64,000 nucleotides of DNA from an uncultured delta proteobacterium (GCA_963798485.1 CAWCTR010000007.1:448001-512000); one strand, 5' to 3'. Positions 1 to 10,718 are shown, counted from the stretch's first letter. The notes: generated from the letters alone by a model not told the origin. Numbers and translations are program-made.

Positions 1-96
1 GTAGCCCCAAAAGTAGTAACCGGCAAACAATCCGACTAAAAATATAACAAGGAGGATCACCACAATTGCCCGTACGTGACTCTTTTCCTCCTCCAT
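1..96 (-). CDS. Partial CDS running off the window edge; N-terminal membrane anchor, function unknown
   Basis: ATG at 96 preceded by GGAGG; reads MEEEKSHVRAIVVILLVIFLVGLFAGYYFWGY with no stop to the edge. Confidence 0.6.
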   Translation of the reverse strand, partial: MEEEKSHVRAIVVILLVIFLVGLFAGYYFWGY

Positions 97-190
97 CAGT
101 ACACCTCCATAAGAGCTCTTATAAAATTGTGTAAGCGAGTTACATCTACCCGTCAAGACCAATGTTATTACATTTTCATTAAGAAGCAGT

Positions 191-1915
191 TCAGATTTTT
201 CGTAGCATGACCACTGGTACCAGCGTGCCACGCTCTCGCAGTACATCCGTCCAATGTTCTTCCCAGGCAGCTGGTGGCTCTACCTTCCTGATATTATCCA
301 ACTCCTGTGGTGTGAGAAGATAGTATCCTGAGGCAAAAACTGTCGGCATGGGTGAACCTTCAGGGACAATATGGATACGATCAGGGTCTGGGAAATAGAG
401 TAATATCAACATGCTGGGAGAGTCGCCTACGCCTCGCACGGTTATGCCCGCATCCGAGGGCAGGTCATGCAGGATACGCTCTACCAATGGCAGGGGTGAC
501 GCCCGAAGGGCTACCACTATAAAGCCGCTGACTACGATACCAACGTAGAGGACGCTGAGCGCGACCCAAAGGCTCACTATAGACAGCCATGCGCTACGCA
601 TGCGAAGTGCATATATCAGACATCCTGCTGCAACCGCAAACAGTGCGAAACTTGCACCGGTGATCACTCCTTCTTTCAGGGGCACGGGTATACCTGCAAG
701 AGCGATCCCCCATGGCAATCTCACTATGTACCCCCCGATCGCAGCCGCCACAAGAACGCTAAGAGTCAAATACTTCCATCTCATCCTTAGCCATGAAATG
801 ATCCGACCAATGGTGTCGCCAAGGGCTGGCAACTTGATATCCAGCCAATAGCCGGCCAGCAAAGAACTGGCCGGTAAAGCGGGGAGGATGTAGGCCCGTC
901 GCTTGTAGGCAGCAAGGGTGAAGAACACCATGAAGCTGATCCACCATACGGTACAGAATAAAGCACCTCGGTCCCGGCGACGCCAAGCCTCCCATATACC
1001 GGCCAATGCCATAAGACTCCATGGAAAAGAATCTAGGAGCCACGGTACAACGTAATAGAAGACCTCCATTCGCCCATTGACCCCAGTGAACTGTCGGAAA
1101 TTCTCATGAATGAGTTGTGCCCGGACTACGGCCATTCCACTCAAATGGTAAGCTGCGAGATACCAGGGTAGTGCAATCAGCGTCCACACGAAGGCGGCCA
1201 CAACCCACGGGAACTGACCAAGCCATCGGATTGAACGTCTCCAGCGTGTTTCCAAAACCACCCACACTCCACTCGCAAGGCCCGGAAGAACCAAGCCTAG
1301 GGGTCCCTTAGTGAGAACGGCCAGTCCCGACATCGCTGCTGCAGCCTTCAGATACCATTTTGCCGGATCCATCATTGCACGCCACACGAACAGCATGGCC
1401 AATGTTACAAAACAGGCCAGCGTCATGTCTACACGGCCATACCTTGACTGATAAATATACAGCCAGCTTGTGAGGAGACAGGCCGCCGCGAGGAAAGCCG
1501 CTCGTCTGCCAATGAGTCGTCGCCCTAAGACGATGATGCTGAATACCATGATGACGCCACATATTGCCGACGGAGAGCGTAGGAGCCATTCGTCGAACTC
1601 TCGTGAGAGAGTACCCCTGCTATGCAATCGGCCCGTGGTGAGAATCGAGCGAACTACAGTAGTTACCGTTGCTAGCCAGTGGAACAAAGGGGGTTTATCG
1701 GGGATAATTTCCCCCTCCCCCACATGATTTGGCACCTCTGGGAGGATGAAGTTTCCTGTGTCGAGCATCGCCCTGACGAAGATACCTTCACGTGCCTCGT
1801 TATCGATGTATACCGGTGCATCTCCCAGCCGGCTGAAGCATGTCAGAATCGTCCAAGCGGCAAAGCCAAGCATGATATAACGGATTACATTAGCTTTCGT
1901 TACTACTTCTTTCAT
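191..1915 (-). CDS. ArnT/GT39-GT83-like integral membrane glycosyltransferase
   Basis: DNEAR..., DKPPLFHW, GRVDM, TKGPLG, KRRAYILP motifs; many TM segments. Confidence 0.85.
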   Translation of the reverse strand: MKEVVTKANVIRYIMLGFAAWTILTCFSRLGDAPVYIDNEAREGIFVRAMLDTGNFILPEVPNHVGEGEIIPDKPPLFHWLATVTTVVRSILTTGRLHSRGTLSREFDEWLLRSPSAICGVIMVFSIIVLGRRLIGRRAAFLAAACLLTSWLYIYQSRYGRVDMTLACFVTLAMLFVWRAMMDPAKWYLKAAAAMSGLAVLTKGPLGLVLPGLASGVWVVLETRWRRSIRWLGQFPWVVAAFVWTLIALPWYLAAYHLSGMAVVRAQLIHENFRQFTGVNGRMEVFYYVVPWLLDSFPWSLMALAGIWEAWRRRDRGALFCTVWWISFMVFFTLAAYKRRAYILPALPASSLLAGYWLDIKLPALGDTIGRIISWLRMRWKYLTLSVLVAAAIGGYIVRLPWGIALAGIPVPLKEGVITGASFALFAVAAGCLIYALRMRSAWLSIVSLWVALSVLYVGIVVSGFIVVALRASPLPLVERILHDLPSDAGITVRGVGDSPSMLILLYFPDPDRIHIVPEGSPMPTVFASGYYLLTPQELDNIRKVEPPAAWEEHWTDVLRERGTLVPVVMLRKI

Positions 1916-2080
1916 AGGTACTTTATGCTCCCAGCATTGTTTATGCCACCCTATATTTCTTTAAAGGGCTGGTTAATGTTTTGCAAGTATATTGAATTTA
2001 TGAAACATTAATCGAAAAAATGAGGTGCTTATGCCTAGGGTTTATGTGGTCCCCGATTAACTACCGTTTCCGGATGGACA

Positions 2081-3145
2081 CTAACTATACTTTTGCGACA
2101 CTGTCGTTGTCAATTCGCGGTATAGGCTATCATAGGCTTGAGCCATCTTCTCAGATGTGAACTCTTGCTCCAGCATGGCATATGCATTCTGCATACATCG
2201 TAACCGCAGGTTATTATCATCTAGTATCCGTAGTATACTTTGTGCAACCATTTGAGGATTTTTAATCGGAACCAATAACCCTGTCTCGCCGTCTTTGACA
2301 AAATCAGGGATCCCTCCTGCAGCAGTGGCAACAACAGGGACATGGTAGAGGAAAGCATCAAGTATTGAGCTCCCAAGACCTTCTTCAGAAGATGTCATGG
2401 TAAAAACATCAAAAATATTATAATAAGGATACGGATCGTCCTGATATCCCTCAAAGATAATATTTTTTAATCCTAGTTTCATTGCCTTATGCTCGAGTGT
2501 TGCCCTCAGATCTCCTTCTCCCAAAAGAACAAAGACTATATCATTACGATGTCTATTAATGATCGCGGCAGCCTCTAAGAGAGTATCATGATCCTTGTGC
2601 CTAATAAGTGAAGCAACACACCCAATAACTTTCTTATTCTGAAATCGTTGCTTCAGTATGATTGAATCATCCGGAGGGGAAATACGATCAAGATATATTG
2701 AACTATGGATCACTTTGATGCATTCACGGGGGAAACCCCACTCGATCATAATAGATTTAATTTTTTCCGATATTGCCACAAGACAATCAACTTCCTCATA
2801 CTTTATACGGTTAAGAAAATGCTTACCTGGAATGTAATCAAGACGTCGTGTATATAGAATGGGTCTTCTATGGAAATGTTTCCACAGTGCGGCAAGCTGG
2901 AGTCCACGATCCTCATGGGCATGAACTATACTAAAGTCAGAGAGACAATGCCCATGTATAAAGAAAGGCTTTTTTATCACATGGACAGTGAATCCACATT
3001 CTCGAACCCGTTTGACAAGCAAATCGTTCTCTCGAGTTAGTAATACGTTTTCATGTCCAAGAACCCTCAGTCCCTCCATAAGATACAAGGTCTGACGTTC
3101 CCCTCCGTACCATCCACGCTCAAGATTTATATGCAATATTTTCAT
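2081..3145 (-). CDS. Glycosyltransferase family 4
   Basis: GWYGGERQ N-terminus; EEGLGSSILDA...PVVATAAGGIPD...DGETGLLV. Confidence 0.9.
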   Translation of the reverse strand: MKILHINLERGWYGGERQTLYLMEGLRVLGHENVLLTRENDLLVKRVRECGFTVHVIKKPFFIHGHCLSDFSIVHAHEDRGLQLAALWKHFHRRPILYTRRLDYIPGKHFLNRIKYEEVDCLVAISEKIKSIMIEWGFPRECIKVIHSSIYLDRISPPDDSIILKQRFQNKKVIGCVASLIRHKDHDTLLEAAAIINRHRNDIVFVLLGEGDLRATLEHKAMKLGLKNIIFEGYQDDPYPYYNIFDVFTMTSSEEGLGSSILDAFLYHVPVVATAAGGIPDFVKDGETGLLVPIKNPQMVAQSILRILDDNNLRLRCMQNAYAMLEQEFTSEKMAQAYDSLYRELTTTVSQKYS

Positions 3146-3234
3146 AGTCGCTTGTCTTTCTGCTTATCAAGAGAACACAGCTTGGGTAATCCTTGATAAC
3201 TACTTCAGACCTACAACGATCACATAATCCCCGA

Positions 3235-4182
3235 TTACTCATAAGAGGAACATAGATTCAGCACCTTGTCAACAAAATGATGGAAGGTGTGGTGTTCATG
3301 AACATAGGCATAACCGGCATTCGCAATTCGATTACGTTCTTCGGGTTCGGTGAGATATTCTCTGACAAGTGCAATGCACTCTTCTTCATCATGATACCAT
3401 ACCAAATGCTCTCGATTCGTGAAGACCTCCTCCATCCCTGGAATATAGTTAGTCAGGTGGAATCCTCCGCACCCAAGCGTAAGCCAGAGACGATTTGTCC
3501 AGTGACCTTCGATGGTAGTCATGGCATCTATTCCTAGAACAATCTTAGCCCCTCCACAGATTAAACCATACTCACGGGGATTGACTGACCTGAGCGTGGG
3601 TCTGATTCCAAATTGTTTCCAATTCTTCCCATAGACTTTCAAATTGCATAGTTCTTTGAGCCTTTTGATCCGATCTATCCTTGTCTCATCCGACCGTGCT
3701 TCCCCAACAAATGCTACATCGGATTTCCATATGGGAAGGATGGGATGCCTCTTCTTATGTTCGTAAATATCACACCCTTCTGTTATGAATATCGGGTTCT
3801 TGATCCCCTCTGATCGATAGAGATCATGAAGCCCTTTTGCATTTGACAAAAATATATCTACCCTTTTTCCCCATTCAACCATTTGGGAATGGAGATCCAA
3901 CCTCCACCCATCATGGTAATATTGTACTGTCTTGATATGTGTACCTGAAATCTTCTTGAGTACCCCCAGGGGTAAATCCATGCTATGTATAAAAACTATG
4001 TCCGGGTTGAATTTCTCTATTCTCTTTAGGATATAATCTTCTGACCTGCTACCCATGCGCCGCCTGATTTTATGCGCATTAATCCAAAGTGTCTCATTTC
4101 CCCGATCGCGGAAAGCCCTTATGATCTGACGAACCTTCCGTACGAGACGTTGAGACTTTCCAACAACAATAATCCTTGGCAT
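3235..4182 (-). CDS. CgeB-like glycosyltransferase (Glyco_trans_1_2); start could be 4209
   Basis: DVAFVG, NRLWLTLGCGGF, RIANAGYAYVHEHHTFHH typical of the family C-terminus. Confidence 0.8.
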   Translation of the reverse strand: MPRIIVVGKSQRLVRKVRQIIRAFRDRGNETLWINAHKIRRRMGSRSEDYILKRIEKFNPDIVFIHSMDLPLGVLKKISGTHIKTVQYYHDGWRLDLHSQMVEWGKRVDIFLSNAKGLHDLYRSEGIKNPIFITEGCDIYEHKKRHPILPIWKSDVAFVGEARSDETRIDRIKRLKELCNLKVYGKNWKQFGIRPTLRSVNPREYGLICGGAKIVLGIDAMTTIEGHWTNRLWLTLGCGGFHLTNYIPGMEEVFTNREHLVWYHDEEECIALVREYLTEPEERNRIANAGYAYVHEHHTFHHFVDKVLNLCSSYE

Positions 4183-4198
4183 GTCTCGAATTCCCCTT

Positions 4199-5428
4199 TT
4201 ATGACCCAACTACTTCATCTTGTTTTATGATGTTATCTGTTTGTACAAAGGTTCTCCTTATCTTGATTTCATAAGCAGCGAGAAACCCAAAGGGCAACCA
4301 GAAGAAAATGTAGACGGGGTGGGGACGATAGATTATCTGATCGTACCCAGTAATAACACAGATAGATCCATAAATAAGCCAGACCAAATATATACAGTTC
4401 CTCTCAAAAAGGTTATAGAGCCACCCCTGCCATCCTGTTGTTATTATCAGAACAATAATAAGAAAGAGACCCAACAGTCCTCCATAGAACAATGTAGAGA
4501 TGTATAGATTGTGTGCCCTTGTTACATTACCCCCATCTGACACAAGGCAGGATAGCTTTTCCAACAACCCATGGCCGAAAATTATTTTTTCTCTTATTTT
4601 CAAGAAAGCACATGGCCATATTTCCAGTCTATAGGAAAAACCTCTTACTATAATCATACCCTGCAAAAAGCTGTTACCAAAATAAGTAAGAATCGCAACT
4701 CCGGTTAACACACATGATATCAACCATAACATAAACTTGTCCTTACACATAATTGATCCTATAAAAAATGCTGCGATTATTCCAACAATCGGTCCACGGC
4801 TCTGGGTCAATGTTAAGATTGTAAGAGCTGAGATCGATATCAGTACATATAGCATTTTCCATGATGTATCCTTTTTTATAACATTATAATATACCATGAG
4901 CATTATCGCACCATATACACATCCAAGCTGTATAGATGAGGGAGAAACACCGATTTGTCTTAATCTAATGGGAGGGTATATGAAATGGTAATCAGATATA
5001 TAGATATAGACCAAAGCTGCTAAGAGCGAGCTCCAGCCAAGAAACTTGAAGAGCCATTCCGAAAAATTCTTATATGCCAGGGTAAGCTCAATAGTGACGC
5101 ATAAGAATACTAATAAAGATAGTAAATTAGGGCCTACCCTTAAATAATCTATGAGATCATGTCCAGTATCGCTCCAGAGAAGGGTAAGTGCAAGATAACC
5201 GACTAAGACAAGTAATAACCTGAATATTCGGGAACTTATTATCTCTGCAATATTGCTGAAACGAATTGTGAGTATGTAAGGCAGTAGAATAAATATATAA
5301 AAAAAATTGCAGTGCCATTTGATGACCGGGAAGTAGAAGAATCCACCCGTAAAAATCAGAAATACAATAAGAAGGTATGATTTTCTGAAACTGGAAAACC
5401 TCATCTCTTGAGGATGAACATTCACCAT
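4199..5428 (-). CDS. O-antigen ligase/Wzy_C family membrane protein
   Basis: LTQSRG, RLEIW, FGHG, AHNLY motifs; polytopic. Confidence 0.85.
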   Translation of the reverse strand: MVNVHPQEMRFSSFRKSYLLIVFLIFTGGFFYFPVIKWHCNFFYIFILLPYILTIRFSNIAEIISSRIFRLLLVLVGYLALTLLWSDTGHDLIDYLRVGPNLLSLLVFLCVTIELTLAYKNFSEWLFKFLGWSSLLAALVYIYISDYHFIYPPIRLRQIGVSPSSIQLGCVYGAIMLMVYYNVIKKDTSWKMLYVLISISALTILTLTQSRGPIVGIIAAFFIGSIMCKDKFMLWLISCVLTGVAILTYFGNSFLQGMIIVRGFSYRLEIWPCAFLKIREKIIFGHGLLEKLSCLVSDGGNVTRAHNLYISTLFYGGLLGLFLIIVLIITTGWQGWLYNLFERNCIYLVWLIYGSICVITGYDQIIYRPHPVYIFFWLPFGFLAAYEIKIRRTFVQTDNIIKQDEVVGS

Positions 5429-5461
5429 AAAGGCTATCTCGAATAATCCACTTTTTCAGAA

Positions 5462-5725
5462 AGCATCACGGCTTGTACTCCAAATACATGCTCAATTCGG
5501 GATCGTATCTTTGATCGGGTTTGATTCCCTCGCTTCTCCCATTCCGTCAGCTTCCGGTTCCGATATCCCTTGCACTGTACATGCTCTCTGTATCATTGCT
5601 TATGCAGCATCTCCAGGCTTTCTTCAGATCGATACGCAGAATCGACATACACATCCATGATTCTGTTCCCCCCTTATCGATCCCGGCATATCGATTTTCC
5701 CAGTCGAACAATCCAGTTGCTTCAT
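5462..5725 (-). mobile_element. IS5-family transposase relic (internal deletion, frameshift, stop)
   Basis: N-terminal MKQL/GLFDWENRYAGIDKGG joined to DVYVDSAYRSEESLEMLHKQ*YREHVQCKGYRNRKLTEWEKRGNQTRSKIRSRIEHVFG. Confidence 0.75.
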
Positions 5726-5817
5726 CCATTATTCTTGAATGAAATAGCTCTGGCAAAGACATATATAAACAAATGGTTTCCAAGTCCACCTTTTAATCTG
5801 ATTACAACAACAGGTTC
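5722..5817 (-). pseudogene. N-terminal relic of a GT11 alpha-1,2-fucosyltransferase
   Basis: EPVVVIRLKGGLGNHLFIYVFARAISFKN aligns with DPYIIIRLQGGLGNQLFMYAFAKSISMKN of the intact gene at 11037-11984. Confidence 0.8.
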
Positions 5818-5871
5818 GCGTGTGGCTAGGTGCCCATATGAAATCCATAGTCGGGTCTACCATTTTATGCC

Positions 5872-6795
5872 TTAAATTTCATTTATGGCTTTGACCTGTT
5901 TATTGAAGCGATCCATTCCACTTTCAAGCAAATAGTCAAATATATAAATTAGGAGATTCAACGTTTTCCATAATGCAACCTTCGCTCTTGAACGATAATC
6001 TTTAGTCTCGAAGGTTACATATCCATATCTTTTCGATAGGGCATACAGATCAAATCTGCTCGGATTCATTCCAAAATATTTAGCTCCTCTTCTAAAGGAA
6101 TTTAAGGGGCGGATCTTATAGCTTTTCGGGTATTTGCTTTGTATGTAATTACCATAAGTTTCAAATTCGCTGAACCCGGACCTGCCTAAATAACTTCTAT
6201 CAATAGAATCCAATATATTCCACTCCCAATTCTGATCTCTATTTTTTTTCTCAATTGTCATGAGTAATTCAGCCATGTACTCTTTTTTTACCACCATATG
6301 CTCTGAGATAAAGGAAAAATCCACACTTCGTTCTATGCCCAAAAGCCTGTACATTACTTCAAAATAGGGTTTATGGAATTCGGTTGATGGCTTCACCAGC
6401 ACCTTGTTGTCATCTTTCTCATCAAAGAAGAGAATTGGATAAAGCATTATTGTATCACTGTCCCAAATAAGGTAATGCTCAGCAATATCATCTTGTAAAC
6501 TGATTCCCATTTTCAGGAATTGCTGAAAATACCATCCTGCCCTACTTGGGGATGAGCCTCTCTGTTCCAGATATTTTTTAATAGAACTCAGAGTCATTCC
6601 ATCTAGCAATGCATCCTCATCTTTGAGAATAACCGGCACTTCCTTGGATCCGATATTTCCAAAGAGTGAAAAATTATTAATACAGGTAATAATGATTATT
6701 TTCCTTGCCTTAGAAAAGACCTTGAGAGACCTTACCGCCTTGATGGCAAGAAGATGACGATCGGGTCCGACAAGCACTACTGCATCATATATCAT
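5872..6795 (-). CDS. DUF6492-like putative glycosyltransferase
   Basis: GWYFQQFLK, YLIWDSDT (DxD), FSEFETYG. Confidence 0.7.
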   Translation of the reverse strand: MIYDAVVLVGPDRHLLAIKAVRSLKVFSKARKIIIITCINNFSLFGNIGSKEVPVILKDEDALLDGMTLSSIKKYLEQRGSSPSRAGWYFQQFLKMGISLQDDIAEHYLIWDSDTIMLYPILFFDEKDDNKVLVKPSTEFHKPYFEVMYRLLGIERSVDFSFISEHMVVKKEYMAELLMTIEKKNRDQNWEWNILDSIDRSYLGRSGFSEFETYGNYIQSKYPKSYKIRPLNSFRRGAKYFGMNPSRFDLYALSKRYGYVTFETKDYRSRAKVALWKTLNLLIYIFDYLLESGMDRFNKQVKAINEI

Positions 6796-6848
6796 TAGCT
6801 CCTACCTATAATATATACAATACAATAAACGATTATTAGCGTCTTATC

Positions 6849-7799
6849 CTACGATCGAAAATCTCTAAGCAATTTCGAATGGATGTGCAAGTTGTTTATT
6901 CTAGCATCAATTCCTTTATATGAGAGAAAGGGGAGCCGTCCTCGATCGTCTACCACGGTCCATTCATACTTAAATTGAGATGGGTCGAAAACGCAACTTT
7001 CATTGATGAAGCCTATTGTTATATTATTCCGGGCATTCCGGGGATCAACTCCTCCAAGATATTGACCAATAGCTGCAGCGTCAAAAACAGATTTAAATTC
7101 TTTTGCATGATTCGTGTAGATCTCTGGATGTACAGATCTCTTCCCAGAAGAAGTTACCCATTCAGATACTAATCCCTCGGGGACGATTGGAAGACTGTCG
7201 ATCTTACCTGGATCGCTGACTTTTCTGTAGTCGGCTATCAGTTCCATATCGTTTCTTGAAGATCTTGAACTCTCCAATGTGAGAAATTTGGTAAGAGACG
7301 TGGCAGCTTGAGCACTTCCGAAGTACATAAAACCTGGAACACATCGATCGTCGTTATCAAATGTCGCTGCTATACCTGGGTAGTACGCCTTCATAAGGGG
7401 TAGTAGCTCGTTTAATCTGCAGTAAATAAGATTATCATTTTCAATGTGAAAACAATGTTCGAGCTGAAAAGAGATCATCAGTTCCTCTATTAAGAAGAAC
7501 CTCTCCATGGCGAATCGCCAGAACCCACCTCGGAATCTCTGATTTAACAGTGTCGTCTTTGAAAATTGCGAATGTTGGGATGTAAGGGGAAGAATCTTAG
7601 GATCAACCAAATTAATGCATTCCCTGAGCTTTGGAGGCAAGTTCTTCCGATTATCCTCTTTCATCACGAGCCAGAGAATGCTATCTGGGTTGTGGCGTGT
7701 TGCCTGTTCGATACAGTCAACTATATAAGAAAACCATTTACGACCTAAATGGACAAAGACCAAATTGGGCACCCCATCTTTATGATCTACTGTATTCAC
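6849..7799 (-). CDS. Hypothetical protein, probable glycosyltransferase-like
   Basis: 316-aa ORF in glycan cluster; FWRFAMERFF, HIENDNL, FDAAAIGQYLGG, NLHIHSK. Confidence 0.6.
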   Translation of the reverse strand: MNTVDHKDGVPNLVFVHLGRKWFSYIVDCIEQATRHNPDSILWLVMKEDNRKNLPPKLRECINLVDPKILPLTSQHSQFSKTTLLNQRFRGGFWRFAMERFFLIEELMISFQLEHCFHIENDNLIYCRLNELLPLMKAYYPGIAATFDNDDRCVPGFMYFGSAQAATSLTKFLTLESSRSSRNDMELIADYRKVSDPGKIDSLPIVPEGLVSEWVTSSGKRSVHPEIYTNHAKEFKSVFDAAAIGQYLGGVDPRNARNNITIGFINESCVFDPSQFKYEWTVVDDRGRLPFLSYKGIDARINNLHIHSKLLRDFRS

Positions 7800-8073
7800 T
7801 GCCGACCTCTACACGAGGAATCGCATGATTGACCACCGACCCCATCTTTGTTTTTTTGCAAAATTTACCTACACTTTATTCACCAGCCCTGTTACTTCTC
7901 TAGACCTCGGTGTGATCTTCCTAAGCGAAACAACGACCAAATAGATCTACAATATCTAAGATCAATATTCAACTTTTTTAGGTGATATTACTAATACCGG
8001 TTTAATATCTAACGTCTGTTTTAAGTTTTGGTATTGACTTTTTCATTACATCACCACACATCTCAGTACCCAT

Positions 8074-8286
8074 CACCTGAAACCATCGGTTAGGTCAATA
8101 TCATTGAGGCTGCCGGAGTTGTTGATAGCCAAGGTGAAGGTCTTGGCTAACAAGAGAGATGTACCCTATCAGACACTCCTGAAGAGCTTTCTCGCTGAAA
8201 GGGTTGAAAAGGAAATGAGATCGATCCAGGAAATAAAGGTACCTGTTAAAAGAAAAGCAGGCAAAATTTCCAGAGCAGGACGGTGA
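8074..8286 (+). pseudogene. 5'-truncated CopG/BrnA-like antitoxin
   Basis: LKPSVRSISLRLPE...LANKRDVPYQTLLK RHH-type C-terminus; no N-terminus or cognate toxin seen. Confidence 0.65.
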
Positions 8287-8450
8287 TAGAATCTGTCATT
8301 CTATTCATGAAAAAGATGACATTTTTTTATTGATATATTATAGAGATGATAATGCTTAAACCACAGGAAAAGCCATTCTTCATGAACTCAGCTCATGAAT
8401 AAGGGACTGAGTATGCTAATAAGTGGTTTAGTAAATAAGAGGAGGAACTC

Positions 8451-8726
8451 ATGACAAAAACGGATCTGGTTGATGTTATTGCAGGCAAAGAAAAGATATC
8501 AAAGACAGCATCATTGGCAGCTTTAGATGCCCTTACTGAGGCAATTACCAATGCTCTCAAGAAAGGTGATAAGGTAACTCTGATAGGGTTTGGGACCTTT
8601 GATGTAGCTAAAAGGGCAGCCAGAGAAGGGGTAAATCCTCAGACCAGGCAGAAGATAAAGATCAAGGCAAGCAAGGCTCCTCGTTTCAAGGCTGGAAAAG
8701 CACTAAAGGATCTCGTGAACAAGTAG
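8451..8726 (+). CDS. hup: HU family DNA-binding protein
   Basis: MTKTDLV, GFGTF, REGVNPQT, PRFKAGKALKD; RBS GAGGAGG. Confidence 0.97.
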   Translation: MTKTDLVDVIAGKEKISKTASLAALDALTEAITNALKKGDKVTLIGFGTFDVAKRAAREGVNPQTRQKIKIKASKAPRFKAGKALKDLVNK

Positions 8727-8730
8727 GACT

Positions 8731-9063
8731 ATGAAGAGTATGTCACAGAAGAAGGGATTTTCTCCGGAGGATCTCGGGACACGATACAAGTGTTATAAGT
8801 GCGGCACCAAGTTTTATGACCTGAGCAGACCAGAACCCCTTTGCCCTTCCTGTGGAGCCAATCAGAACGATGATGAGGCAAAGGGAATTCACAAGCGGAA
8901 GAGAAAACGGAGATCAGCCTTCATGGGTAAGACAGACCCTATCATATTTGCTCCGGAAGAGAGGGATGATGTGATCGAGGTTGTGAATGAGGTCGATGCT
9001 GAATATGCTGTAGATGTTGATGACATTGTACTGGAAGAGCATGGAGATTCGGATAAAGAATAG
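8731..9063 (+). CDS. FYDLN acid domain (TIGR02300-like) zinc-ribbon protein
   Basis: LGTRYKCYKCGTKFYDL...CPSCG and acidic tail. Confidence 0.85.
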   Translation: MKSMSQKKGFSPEDLGTRYKCYKCGTKFYDLSRPEPLCPSCGANQNDDEAKGIHKRKRKRRSAFMGKTDPIIFAPEERDDVIEVVNEVDAEYAVDVDDIVLEEHGDSDKE

Positions 9064-9225
9064 AGATTGATATCAGTCCTGAGATGATAGGTCCCTATGC
9101 AGATTTATCGAATATGACATGACCATAGATCTAGTAAGAAATTTATGGTGTTTTCAGGCAGTATAAGACCGATGAGTTATCGAAGAATAATGGTGAAACC
9201 TACCAGTGATCGCCTTGTGGCTTTA

Positions 9226-9570
9226 TCATAAGGAGAGTACCAGACGTATTCCAGCTTCGACTTCCTTCAATATGGGTGCATCTATGCTGCCAATTTTCTC
9301 AGTGAAAAAGGACTTATCTACAGTAATCAACTGTGAAACATTGACCACAGATTTTCTTGGTAAACCGGACTCCTTTTTCGACAAGAGAACATTGCCTGGT
9401 GCATCAGCTAGTCGAAGGTTAGAAGTAATAACCACTGCAATAACTGTGTTTATTCGGCTTTGATTAAAATCATTAGATTGGATAACAAGAAGAGGGCGTC
9501 TATAGCCAGGGTCAGATGCAATAGGCATAGGCAACGAAGCCCACCATATCTCTCCTCTGGATATCACCAT
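9226..9570 (-). CDS. mazF: PemK/MazF family toxin
   Basis: RGEIWWASL, RRPLLVIQ, ITSN, SVVNVSQLITVDK. Confidence 0.92.
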   Translation of the reverse strand: MVISRGEIWWASLPMPIASDPGYRRPLLVIQSNDFNQSRINTVIAVVITSNLRLADAPGNVLLSKKESGLPRKSVVNVSQLITVDKSFFTEKIGSIDAPILKEVEAGIRLVLSL

Positions 9571-9800
9571 TCATCCTTTTGAAGAGATGAATACTGAAGC
9601 TCATGATCAGCATGATCCAAATGAGATAGTTCTTTAGAATAAACTTCGTTTAGTTTCTTTGTAATGGACTTATTCTTGTGCTCTTTGAGGTATTCTGTCA
9701 CTGCCTTAGAATAAAGCTGACTTCGTGATATACCAATTCTCTGTGCAAATTTATCTGCAGCTTCGAAAACTGAATCAGGAATTGATATAGCTGTCTTCAT
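9564..9800 (-). CDS. RHH/CopG-type antitoxin
   Basis: MKTAISIPD...GISRSQLY; overlaps toxin start. Confidence 0.88.
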   Translation of the reverse strand: MKTAISIPDSVFEAADKFAQRIGISRSQLYSKAVTEYLKEHKNKSITKKLNEVYSKELSHLDHADHELQYSSLQKDEW

Positions 9801-9806
9801 AATCTT

Positions 9807-9835
9807 ATGGTATAACCACAGTTATACTTTGTCAA
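9807..9835 (-). promoter_or_regulatory. sigma70 promoter of the TA operon with a palindromic operator
   Basis: TTGACA-17-TACCAT on minus strand; GTATAAC-CACA-GTTATAC at 9810-9827. Confidence 0.75.
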
Positions 9836-10139
9836 GGGGTAAAAGAGATAACCAATAATCACACTACATTTATATGGCATATCTCGACAATCAATTCTTC
9901 CATAGTTGATTGCTTTAACTCTTTGATGAAGATGGAATCGATTCCCTTTGCTCATAGGATCATACCCGCCTTTTTTTATTGTATGCTCTATGTTTTTCTC
10001 TTGATGTAATGTATGCCTTCCAGCATATCTTGCAACTGGTACATGGCAGAACAAAGGTCCCGGCTCATTTATATCAGGATCAGCTGTAAGGTGAAGCAGT
10101 TTTACCTTGAGAATCATACCATTTCAAGGGAGGGTATGC

Positions 10140-10718
10140 ATGAAAAAAGATGTCCATGAGTTGTCCCAGCACCTGATGAACAAAGAATATCACTCACTTT
10201 CATCACAGCAGCAGCATGTCATCCGTCACATCTCTCGACGTGAGCATATAAGCAAGGATGTGGTTAAGGAGCATGAAGAACAGTACACCTTTGGTCAGAG
10301 GGCAGCAGACCGAGTAGCCACTTTCGGAGGATCATGGCCTTTCATCATTATCTTTTTTGCTGTTATGGCCGTATGGATCGGGATCAATTCTTATATTCTG
10401 ATCCAATGGGATAAAAAGCATATCTTTGACCCATATCCCTACATACTGCTGAATCTGGTACTGTCCATGATGGCTGGAATTCAGGCTCCGATAATCATGA
10501 TGAGTCAGAACCGACAGGCACAGAGAGACAGGCTCGATGCAAATCATGATTACGAGGTGAACCTGAAGGCTGAGCTGGAGATTATGGCTCTTCACGGTAA
10601 GATGGATCAATTGAGGGAACATCAATGGGAGGATCTGGTAAACATGCAGAAAGATCAGATTCAGATGCTAACCTCGGTGGTAGAAGACCTGAAGATAATA
10701 AAGCAGGGCACAAAGTAA
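10140..10718 (+). CDS. DUF1003 membrane protein
   Basis: FGGSW, FDPYPYILLNL, IMMSQNRQ, DYEVNLKAELEI. Confidence 0.92.
   Translation: MKKDVHELSQHLMNKEYHSLSSQQQHVIRHISRREHISKDVVKEHEEQYTFGQRAADRVATFGGSWPFIIIFFAVMAVWIGINSYILIQWDKKHIFDPYPYILLNLVLSMMAGIQAPIIMMSQNRQAQRDRLDANHDYEVNLKAELEIMALHGKMDQLREHQWEDLVNMQKDQIQMLTSVVEDLKIIKQGTK

Noticed and set aside
3163-3200. TTATCAAGAG resembling the start of a SAM-I riboswitch
   Set aside because: Only 20 nt separate the paired arms, the rest of the aptamer is absent, and it lies between glycosyltransferase genes
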